From a virus (taxonomy: Duplodnaviria > Caudoviricetes), in the IMG/VR virus record IMGVR_UViG_3300008110_000072, positions 1,086 to 65,085 of that record: DNA of 64,000 bases; one strand, written 5' to 3'. The position numbers and the translations under genes were made by a program. The notes beneath the pieces are model-generated. The model did not search any database, had not been told where the DNA came from, and worked only from the letters and a program-made list of their open reading frames with translations. Positions 56,719 to 64,000 of the stretch are shown piece by piece (positions within the stretch are counted from its first letter, which is position 1; each line of letters starts with the position of its first letter).

Positions 56719-56952
56719 ATGAAAGGAGATAAGAAATACACCGCAACCATTGGAGGGAAAACCCGTTCCTTCGGAGCGAAGGGCTACAGCATTTCTCCAG
56801 GAACACCAAAGGGCGACAATTATTGTGCCCGTTCCTCCGGCATTAAGAAATGCGCCAATCCTCCTTGTGCCAATGACCTTTCGCGCAAAGCGTGGGGGTG
56901 TCGTGGAAAGAAAAGTATAAAAAGCTTAGCTGTAAGCTTCAGAAGAGTATAA
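56719..56952 (+). CDS. Small basic protein (FGAKGY..YCARS.GI..W.C type)
   Basis: Recurrent phage small-protein pattern. Confidence 0.65.
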   Translation: MKGDKKYTATIGGKTRSFGAKGYSISPGTPKGDNYCARSSGIKKCANPPCANDLSRKAWGCRGKKSIKSLAVSFRRV

Positions 56953-57000
56953 ATATTTCTGTGGTGAATTATATTTGCAAACAAATCAATATATATAGAT

Positions 57001-57411
57001 ATGAAGGTTAAGTATAAAAACATCCTTGTCTTGCAAAATTTTAATGAGGCAGTGGGTAAGCTAAATTTCTCTACGGAGGATTTTGCTGTAATTGGAAGGC
57101 TTTCAAAGCTTTCTAAAAAGATGAATTCAAAGGTGGAAGAATTGCAGGAGCTAATCGAAGACCTGCGTCTTGACCATTGCATGAAGGATGGGCAAAAGAT
57201 TGTACGCGAAAACGGACAGCTCCAGTGGACCGTAGACGGAGAGCGTGCTTTTAGAAAAGCGTATAAGGCACTGCTTGAAAAAGAAGTGGAGCTTGATGAT
57301 TTTACGCAAATCAACTACGCTGACATCATGTCTTTGCTTCCAAAAGGACAAGTGGCCGAGTGGGAAGAGGTGAAGGAAAATCTCGGAGAATTTTTCGTAT
57401 ACATTCCTTAA
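57001..57411 (+). CDS. Hypothetical protein
   Basis: TATATTTG at 56970-56977; 136 aa helical. Confidence 0.65.
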   Translation: MKVKYKNILVLQNFNEAVGKLNFSTEDFAVIGRLSKLSKKMNSKVEELQELIEDLRLDHCMKDGQKIVRENGQLQWTVDGERAFRKAYKALLEKEVELDDFTQINYADIMSLLPKGQVAEWEEVKENLGEFFVYIP

Positions 57412-57418
57412 ATTAGCG

Positions 57419-57607
57419 ATGGGCAAACGGGGCGTTGAATTTCAAGAGTGCATGACGGTGTTTTTAAGCATCCTCAGCGGACTGGCTGGTGTATATGGAT
57501 TATATACAGGCTACACCAGTAAACAGATTCCTACTGTGCTTTGGGTGAGCGCCCTGTTCACCATTAACTACTGGCTTTGTTTTTATCGTTTTTATAATAA
57601 GAAATGA
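57419..57607 (+). CDS. Small two-TM protein
   Basis: Two hydrophobic helices. Confidence 0.5.
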   Translation: MGKRGVEFQECMTVFLSILSGLAGVYGLYTGYTSKQIPTVLWVSALFTINYWLCFYRFYNKK

Positions 57608-57852
57608 AACTGGACGAAATTCTCAAAGCTAAGTTGCAGGTGTACGATACAGTTAAGGATAGCCCTTTAATTTTATACATCACCTTTTACGAGCCTATAC
57701 ACGAATGGCTTTCTACGATTGCGCACGACTGGAACCCAATCCTGCAGTTTGTGCTAAATATTATAGCAATCATCTGGGGCGTAACGCGCCTTATCCCTAT
57801 CTTTAAAAAGTGGATAAAAGGGGAACCTGTAACCAATGAAGATATGCGATGA
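57604..57852 (+). CDS. Holin-like membrane protein
   Basis: TM helix with basic C-terminus; lysis context. Confidence 0.45.
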   Translation: MKLDEILKAKLQVYDTVKDSPLILYITFYEPIHEWLSTIAHDWNPILQFVLNIIAIIWGVTRLIPIFKKWIKGEPVTNEDMR

Positions 57853-58436
57853 ATACCAACGCAATAATTATAGGAATGATTGCCGTAGTTATGTTCGGCA
57901 TGGTTTATAGTTATTGCGCTATACGGGAGGAGAATCGCGTTCTAAAGCAAGATGTTGGCGGCCTTCACACCGCGCTCAGCGCATCAATAGACACAAGCAG
58001 GAATCAATACGCACAAATGCGTGCAAAGGTGGAGACGATTGTATTGTCTGACGATGCCACCTCAAAAGTGCTTGAGAAAGAAATCAAGCAAATCAAAAAC
58101 AATTTCGGCGTAAAGCTTAACGGGATAGAATCCTATACAAAGGCTGGCGTAAAGTATGCCGTGCCTGTTGTGTTGAAGTCCCGCGACACAGTGATTATAA
58201 ACAATCTTGAAAAAGTGTACACCATATCCGGACCGTCAGGCAGTGGGGTGTTGTATACAAAAGGAGATAGTTTGCTTGGAGGGATTACACTTGCTGATAC
58301 AATAAGAATTTCTGTAAGCAAGGGCAAGAGAGACAAATGGTGGAAGTTTTGGACTAAAAGGCCGCTTGTTACAAATGCATTTATGAGCAATCCATCAGGA
58401 GCTATTGTTTCACTTAACTCTATTCTCGTCAAATGA
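57849..58436 (+). CDS. Putative Rz-like (i-spanin) protein
   Basis: N-terminal TM, coiled coil, RDTVI, KWWKFW, NP motif typical of Bacteroidota phage lysis-region proteins. Confidence 0.55.
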   Translation: MNTNAIIIGMIAVVMFGMVYSYCAIREENRVLKQDVGGLHTALSASIDTSRNQYAQMRAKVETIVLSDDATSKVLEKEIKQIKNNFGVKLNGIESYTKAGVKYAVPVVLKSRDTVIINNLEKVYTISGPSGSGVLYTKGDSLLGGITLADTIRISVSKGKRDKWWKFWTKRPLVTNAFMSNPSGAIVSLNSILVK

Positions 58437-59437
58437 ACGCGCCACTGGTTGATAAGATGAGGCACATTCGCGGCATGCAAGCAGCTATGCGCGGAAAGGT
58501 GATATACAAAGACGAGGGCGACAAGTTTGTTGGCGGAGGAGATTGGGAAATCGTCACCACTTTTAAGGGTAAGAGCCACGAACAAGGTGGCATAGACTTG
58601 GAGGTGAGCGATGGATATGTACGGAGAATTTCCGGCGTAGACGATGCAGATGATATTGCAGACTGGGGGCGTTTCTGGAAGGATGTAGGAGCTACAGCAT
58701 ATGGTATAGGTGAAGGGGTGCTTGATACAGTGACATTTGGCGCTACAGACCCATTAACAGATTGGGGGTATAAACAACTACAAGACCTTGGCGGAAGCAC
58801 GGAAGACGAGAAGCGTGAGCAAGACAGCTTGCGCGGATATGGCACTACGGCTGGAGCTATCACCGGAGGTATTATTACTGGAGGTGCTACCACTGGTAGT
58901 GCTATACAACAAGGCTCAAAAGGGTTGGGCGAGGGTGTAGCAAAAGGAAGCCCTGATAGCAAGTTTGCTCAACAGGTTGGTATATGGCTCCCCGCTGCTG
59001 GGGCTGTTGCCGGAATGATTGTCGGGAATCAAGGATACGGCGGGAATACACCGGGCATGAGTAAGGCTGGGTTATCTATGACCGGGAAGAGTGGTACAAA
59101 CTATAGTACACTGCAAACGCTTGCTAAATACGGAGCTTATGCAGGAAGGGCATATAGTATGCTTAGTCCAGTATTAAACGCCCGTCAGCAGCAAATGCCT
59201 TCTTATGTTCCGACAAGAGGTGTGGGAGGGGGATTCCCTTCCGGAATGTTTAATACAAGGTCTGCTACAGAGGCGGTACAGGGTGGTGGTGGTATGAGCG
59301 CACCAATTACATTTGGTGGAGCGACAGGAAGAGGAGATGGCGTAGCAGACACTCCGCAGGAAGATTTGTTCTACGCGCAAGTGCCTATGCGGGAGGAAAC
59401 CTTAGCTCGGCTGGCTCGATATAATGTTAATGTATAA
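58433..59437 (+). CDS. Gly-rich virion cargo-like protein
   Basis: GKSHEQGG motif; glycine-zipper segments. Confidence 0.55.
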   Translation: MNAPLVDKMRHIRGMQAAMRGKVIYKDEGDKFVGGGDWEIVTTFKGKSHEQGGIDLEVSDGYVRRISGVDDADDIADWGRFWKDVGATAYGIGEGVLDTVTFGATDPLTDWGYKQLQDLGGSTEDEKREQDSLRGYGTTAGAITGGIITGGATTGSAIQQGSKGLGEGVAKGSPDSKFAQQVGIWLPAAGAVAGMIVGNQGYGGNTPGMSKAGLSMTGKSGTNYSTLQTLAKYGAYAGRAYSMLSPVLNARQQQMPSYVPTRGVGGGFPSGMFNTRSATEAVQGGGGMSAPITFGGATGRGDGVADTPQEDLFYAQVPMREETLARLARYNVNV

Positions 59438-59441
59438 AAAC

Positions 59442-60368
59442 ATGGCACAGAAGACAAAGTTAGAAGTGGAAGGTGGCGAGCTGCTGATAAAAAGCAGCAA
59501 GGGTATAATGGCTGTTATACCAAAGTCTCACACGCCGCATGTCAGGAAGCTTATAGAGGAGAAGAACTTTGCGGCTGTTGATAAATTTGTACAGAGTTTG
59601 CAGCCGTTGAAGCGTAACCCAAATGCAGGGAAAGCGCAGGACGGAGTTGTAATTCCACCGTCAAAAATTGTATCTAAGCCTGATGCAACAGATGTGGCTA
59701 CTCCCGGTATTGTCCGAATGAACTATATTATATCTAAAAGAATTGCTGATAATGAAAAATTAAATAAACAGCAGAAAGAATTAAATATAGCGCCCGTGAA
59801 GGATGTAGTTGTTGATGCTACTTATAACAAAACAATTCCAATTCCCCCAGAAGAAGACGCAAGAAAGCCCATTGAACAAACGCCACCGCTTAAAACATAT
59901 ATGGTAAGGGGTATAAAAGAAGTTGGAGATTTTATTGGTGTTAAAAAATTAAAAAAAGGAGGACACCCTAACGAAACATATAGCGATGTTGTTTATAGGC
60001 TCTCACACACGCCCGGCACGATTGCAAATAAAATTGAACAAGAAAACCCCAAAGGTTTGTCATTAATGGCTGGGATTGGAGAAGCCGTCTTAGACCCAGT
60101 GAACGCATTGCCATTAGGAGCTGCTGCTCAGCAGGGATTTAAATACTTAGCAGCAAATGCAGCAAGGTTACCAAAGCTTGCGGCTGCTCTTACACGAATG
60201 AGCAAATTGGGGAAACCTGCTGATATGGTAAATACTGGGAATGATGCATGGGAATCTAATAAAGAATATGAAAGTAGACCAGAACCCGCAAAAGAAGCTA
60301 TGACTAATAAAGAAAAAGAATTGGTTGATGAGGTTATAAAAAATATTAAGAAACGAAATGAAAAGTAG
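59442..60368 (+). CDS. Virion cargo-like protein
   Basis: EVEGGELLI, KAQDG, LDPVNALP. Confidence 0.55.
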   Translation: MAQKTKLEVEGGELLIKSSKGIMAVIPKSHTPHVRKLIEEKNFAAVDKFVQSLQPLKRNPNAGKAQDGVVIPPSKIVSKPDATDVATPGIVRMNYIISKRIADNEKLNKQQKELNIAPVKDVVVDATYNKTIPIPPEEDARKPIEQTPPLKTYMVRGIKEVGDFIGVKKLKKGGHPNETYSDVVYRLSHTPGTIANKIEQENPKGLSLMAGIGEAVLDPVNALPLGAAAQQGFKYLAANAARLPKLAAALTRMSKLGKPADMVNTGNDAWESNKEYESRPEPAKEAMTNKEKELVDEVIKNIKKRNEK

Positions 60369-60561
60369 TTGCGGGAAAGATAAACTTGCCGAAGTGTATG
60401 CTGGCAGAAAGATGAAGGCTAAGAATGGCCTCTATTATAACATCCATGCTAAGCGCGAGCGTATAGCTGCGGGAAGCGGGGAGCGTATGCGCAAGCCCGG
60501 AGAGAAGGGAGCGCCAACAGCACAGCAGTTTAAGGAGGCCGCTAAGACAGCTAAAAAATGA
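60358..60561 (+). CDS. Small basic protein (GLY.NIHAKR.RI.AGSGE.MRKPG.KGAPT)
   Basis: Recurrent environmental phage small protein pattern. Confidence 0.7.
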   Translation: MKSSCGKDKLAEVYAGRKMKAKNGLYYNIHAKRERIAAGSGERMRKPGEKGAPTAQQFKEAAKTAKK

Positions 60562-60688
60562 AAAAGACTGGAGGAAAATCATCAAATGCCGGAGTGAAGC
60601 TTTCGTTTGGAAGGCGTAGAGAAGGCAAGCATCAGAAATCGCATGGCCCAAAGCATAAGGGCGTAAAAAAGTATAGAGGTCAGGGACG

Positions 60689-61057
60689 ATGAATAAGCTA
60701 AAAGATTTATGGGTGGAGTGGCACGAGGCGATATTAGCGCCCGTATACTTCTTTGCCTTTCTATTATTGTATAACACCATCGGGCAGTGGTTGCACGATG
60801 AAGCTGCAGCCCTATATCCTATCGGGAGGTATGTTGATATGCTTTCAATCCCCAGTAGGTATTATATTGTTGTGGTGATTGCAACGCTTGGCTTTCGTAT
60901 AAACACTCCAGCTTTATTTAAAGCCGTGTTTGGAGACAGAGCCAACGGCAAGCTGCGTGAAAACATTACAAAAGACAACCACTTCCAAACGCTATGGCTC
61001 GCATTGTTTTCGTATGGCTTGCATTTGCTTATAGCTGCTATTGTAGCGGTCAAATAG
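60689..61057 (+). CDS. Three-TM holin-like protein
   Basis: Three hydrophobic segments just upstream of the endolysin. Confidence 0.55.
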   Translation: MNKLKDLWVEWHEAILAPVYFFAFLLLYNTIGQWLHDEAAALYPIGRYVDMLSIPSRYYIVVVIATLGFRINTPALFKAVFGDRANGKLRENITKDNHFQTLWLALFSYGLHLLIAAIVAVK

Positions 61058-61503
61058 GCTGCGTAAAAGAGCAGGCCAAGCGGCTAATCGGAACACGAGA
61101 AGGGCCGATAAACAATCGTGGGCCACGCGTAGATAGTATCATACGATTTGCTGGAGGGGTTCCGGGACAAGCATGGTGTAGCTATACAATGATATACCTA
61201 TGGCGGAGGTGCGGCCTACCGCACAGCGGGACAAATGGAATGGCAATGTCATGGGCAAAGCAATCAAAAGCGTTGGGCATGCGCCCAGTAAGGCACACAG
61301 ATATATTTACTGTATATAACAGGAAGCTTAGGCGCATAGGCCATGTGGGGATGGTGTACACCGTATACCCAGAGGAATCCTTCTTCCAGAGCTTTGAGGG
61401 CAACATCAACTCGCGAGGAGACCGCGAATCTCACCGCAGTATTGCTGGCTGCCTAATACGGGAATTCAACATCTGCTCCGGAATCTACAGGTGGATTCCA
61501 TGA
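60994..61503 (+). CDS. CHAP-family endolysin with hydrophobic N-terminus
   Basis: G.RE..NNRG..V, AWCS, GHVGMV, EGN. Confidence 0.8.
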   Translation: MARIVFVWLAFAYSCYCSGQIGCVKEQAKRLIGTREGPINNRGPRVDSIIRFAGGVPGQAWCSYTMIYLWRRCGLPHSGTNGMAMSWAKQSKALGMRPVRHTDIFTVYNRKLRRIGHVGMVYTVYPEESFFQSFEGNINSRGDRESHRSIAGCLIREFNICSGIYRWIP

Positions 61504-61764
61504 CTGCAGATTGTATTCCGGCAGGTCTATAAAGTCTATTAGTTCCTGCACCGCCCGCTCGCCCTCCAGCACAATGTAAAAATTCTTTTGCCCGTCAGGC
61601 GGGAAGAGCATAATCTTATTTGACTTAGCCATCTTCACAATATACGAAGAAGCCTCTTCTCCAGATGTAATCCCAAACTTTGGGAGGTGTGCTTTAAATC
61701 TTATTGCAAATGGAGGGGAGTATGGACGGGTGTTCCCGCCTGTGGTGTATGGAATGTTGCTCAT
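61453..61764 (-). CDS. Hypothetical protein
   Basis: 103-aa ORF continuing the minus-strand block. Confidence 0.5.
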   Translation of the reverse strand: MSNIPYTTGGNTRPYSPPFAIRFKAHLPKFGITSGEEASSYIVKMAKSNKIMLFPPDGQKNFYIVLEGERAVQELIDFIDLPEYNLQSWNPPVDSGADVEFPY

Positions 61765-61768
61765 ATAT

Positions 61769-62083
61769 TTATCTAAGTGTTTCTTCGGTAAGTTTTATTG
61801 TGTCGATGTTTGTATACACCTTTATTAGCTTGCGTATTTCGTTAGCTGCGGCAACGCCCATTGCCAGCCTATCATCATCAGACATTTGTTCTGATTCCTG
61901 CAGGTTCCAGACGCGTTCTATTACGGATGCTCCGAATAGCTTTATAATTGCACGAAACGCCTCATCATCAAATCCCGGCGGGTCTGTGTGCTTCACTTCG
62001 TATTCCCAAAGCGCGTTCTCAATAATCATTAAAAGCGGCTTTAGCCTGTGTCCTATTGGTGCGGCTTCTTCTGTTGTTTCCAT
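61769..62083 (-). CDS. Hypothetical protein
   Basis: METTEE start 1 nt after the upstream stop. Confidence 0.65.
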   Translation of the reverse strand: METTEEAAPIGHRLKPLLMIIENALWEYEVKHTDPPGFDDEAFRAIIKLFGASVIERVWNLQESEQMSDDDRLAMGVAAANEIRKLIKVYTNIDTIKLTEETLR

Positions 62084-62084
62084 A

Positions 62085-62486
62085 TTATATACTGGATGCT
62101 TTGTATGGATAAAGGTCAGACAATTTAACAAATAATTGCCGTTCAAAACCCTCTGTTTTAAAATGAAGGTAGTCCCCCTTTTCCAGAACTAAGTCTTTTG
62201 GAAACAGGTATTCATCTCCTCCCTTTTCAATCAGGTGTATTGTATCAAACTTTTTAGCTGTCCGTATAACATACTCATTAAACCCATACGAGTTGTTCTT
62301 GCGAAACAAATGTTTGTCGGGGTCTCTGTTGATACGGAATGTTTTCTTAGCTTCAATAACAACGCCAAGCTCACGCTTTTTATTCTCGCTTGCAAGGTGT
62401 AGATAAAGAGTGAGCGTTTTGTTCGGAGCTGTAACAACAATAAAATAGTTGCCGTCTTTGTCCGCGTGTGTAATCGACTTGCCCAT
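62085..62486 (-). CDS. Hypothetical protein (HLFRK..SYGFN..GFERQ.F)
   Basis: Stop/start coupling with 62486-62806. Confidence 0.7.
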   Translation of the reverse strand: MGKSITHADKDGNYFIVVTAPNKTLTLYLHLASENKKRELGVVIEAKKTFRINRDPDKHLFRKNNSYGFNEYVIRTAKKFDTIHLIEKGGDEYLFPKDLVLEKGDYLHFKTEGFERQLFVKLSDLYPYKASSI

Positions 62487-62806
62487 TATTTTATAGATTT
62501 AATTGCATGTTGTATATACCATATAGCTTTTTGTAAATCCTCGCGGGCATCCGGGGTTTTCTTCCCGGCACGCATGATATATTTTAAAGCGTTGCCCAAG
62601 CTAAACTCCATCCCCCATCCCTGCGCGTCAATAATTTTAATCACCTCATATGGATTGTTCTCCCCGCCGTAGTGCGGTGGGTGGTCAATCATCTTGGACA
62701 AAATATCCTCCTCATTATCTGTGTTTATGGTTCTTAATAAGCCGTTTTTTGGAATGCCCATCTCATTCCACTCCTCCTCTGTCATGCTTTGTCTTAAATT
62801 TCCCAT
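62486..62806 (-). CDS. DUF3310 (T7 gp1.7-like nucleotide kinase family) protein
   Basis: HPPHY, GNALKYIMRAGKK..EDLQKAIWY. Confidence 0.85.
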   Translation of the reverse strand: MGNLRQSMTEEEWNEMGIPKNGLLRTINTDNEEDILSKMIDHPPHYGGENNPYEVIKIIDAQGWGMEFSLGNALKYIMRAGKKTPDAREDLQKAIWYIQHAIKSIK

Positions 62807-62885
62807 GTTTTTATACTGTTTGGTATTATACTATTTGGTATCATCTTGTCGCAAAAGTTGCCGATATTTGCGACAATAAGACCCC

Positions 62886-63380
62886 TCACGCCTCTTCATA
62901 ATGCGCACCCGGAGGGGTTGTAGAATTGTTCCTCGCTTCCGGTAGTCCCGGCTGCCAAACACCCCCGTTTCTGGGGGTGTTTCCTTTTACATCTATTATA
63001 TATTGCTCTTGTATACTTGTTGTGGAACTAATATAAAACCTCGTCCCCCATACAAACGCCTCGTGCTGCTCCTCCTTTCCGCTGTGTTTTGTTTTCACCA
63101 CCACCTGATTCTCCGGAGCAAAACGAGCCTGAAAGAGCAAGCAATCCTCGTCTTTTTTCTTTATGCCTTCCTGATATGTGTAGTTCTTGCATATCCACTC
63201 GTATAGCCGCTCGCGTTCTTCTGGTGTCATTGCGTGATAGTGCTTATCAATTACGCTTGTCCAAAACATCGAGCGTGCAATAGGGCGTGGAGGAATACAC
63301 GCCTCAACAAGAAAGCAAAACTCGATGAAGTCAATCGGGAATCTGCACGCAGTGGGGTTAGTTCCAGTATTTTTTTTCAT
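62886..63380 (-). CDS. Hypothetical protein
   Basis: IDFIEF.FLVEACIPPRPIAR segment; start uncertain. Confidence 0.6.
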   Translation of the reverse strand: MKKNTGTNPTACRFPIDFIEFCFLVEACIPPRPIARSMFWTSVIDKHYHAMTPEERERLYEWICKNYTYQEGIKKKDEDCLLFQARFAPENQVVVKTKHSGKEEQHEAFVWGTRFYISSTTSIQEQYIIDVKGNTPRNGGVWQPGLPEARNNSTTPPGAHYEEA

Positions 63381-63570
63381 AGTATTCTTTTGCGTCTTTC
63401 GTGACATCAAGTATTTCTTTGGCTTCATCGGCCACTCCCTGCCCATACGCATCCATAATCTGTATGCGCTCCATTTCTAATGCAGTCTGCAAGTCAAGGT
63501 AGTTTAAAACCTTTTGCTTCGATTGTTTGTATAGCCAATCAACTGCGGTTTGCTGTATCTCCATTGACAA
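63358..63570 (-). CDS. Small Bacteroidota-phage protein (QTAV.WL..EME..QI.DAY)
   Basis: Recurrent motif. Confidence 0.7.
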   Translation of the reverse strand: MSMEIQQTAVDWLYKQSKQKVLNYLDLQTALEMERIQIMDAYGQGVADEAKEILDVTKDAKEYYEKKYWN

Positions 63571-63769
63571 TATCTTTTAATTGATTGTAGATTCCTTCTT
63601 GTGCTACACCCCAGAACATATCGCATATAAACTCCCCACTGTTTGTATATCCCGGAGTTTCCCTAAAGAACGACTGTCTATCTGGATTTGAGGGCGTAAC
63701 ATATCTATAACAGCCATCTTTAATCGGGCATCCATCCCCCTCGCATTTGGTTATGTCGTTGCCTATCAT
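63539..63769 (-). CDS. Small Cys-rich protein (DIT.C....CP....C.RY)
   Basis: Recurrent motif. Confidence 0.7.
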   Translation of the reverse strand: MIGNDITKCEGDGCPIKDGCYRYVTPSNPDRQSFFRETPGYTNSGEFICDMFWGVAQEGIYNQLKDIVNGDTANRS

Positions 63770-63996
63770 ATCACCAGTGCATCTAAGTTTATATCATGTT
63801 CTATAAGCAAATCGTAAAACGCTGTTCGCACCAGCTCCTCGTCTATATACTTACCATCCTCGCTCTCATCGCAAATCCTGCGAAGCTTTGCGCTAAAATT
63901 CCATAGCACAAGCGCCATGTCTAAAGATTTTAAACAACGCATGTGCGCTATCTTGTCGTCTTGGTCGTTAAGGTTAAACCGGATTGTTGCTGTCAT
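63766..63996 (-). CDS. Small hypothetical protein
   Basis: M.AT..FNL..DD..H.RC.KS.DMA. Confidence 0.65.
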   Translation of the reverse strand: MTATIRFNLNDQDDKIAHMRCLKSLDMALVLWNFSAKLRRICDESEDGKYIDEELVRTAFYDLLIEHDINLDALVI

Positions 63997-64000
63997 TTTC

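Noticed and set aside
1-64000. Stop-codon reassignment as in some crAss-like phages
   Set aside because: Long genes are intact and densely packed under the standard code; TGA and TAG occur at plausible gene ends

Overview
The window is most or all of a lytic-looking Bacteroidota phage genome with a crAss-like (podovirus-type) virion module. Inferred host: Bacteroidota, from repeated TTTG-N20-22-TAnnTTTG promoters. Layout: (i) 1-7.5 kb replication/nucleotide module: metallophosphoesterase, Gp157, SSB-like protein, lambda-O-like initiator with internal 22-bp iterons, primase-helicase, NinB-like, HNH, MazG-like. (ii) 7.6-17 kb minus-strand early region of small genes headed by an AAA+ ATPase pair. 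(iii) 17.1-17.8 kb non-coding divergence point, possibly the genome end. (iv) 17.8-61.5 kb plus-strand late region: RepL-like, GroES-like, TerL, tail ring proteins, two giant polyvalent virion proteins flanking a ferritin, tail stabilisation protein, portal, scaffold, MCP, tail fibre, lysis genes. (v) 61.5-64 kb small minus-strand genes. I recognised no DNA polymerase, RNA polymerase or integrase. The most striking feature is nine dispersed tRNA-like elements at gene junctions of the early region. Each has a 7-bp acceptor-like stem, a canonical T-arm, mostly no anticodon arm, GCAA in place of NCCA, and then a covarying hairpin. They suggest a phage 'tRNA-punctuation' RNA-processing or cassette system. 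All calls come from reading motifs by eye; no database searches were run.
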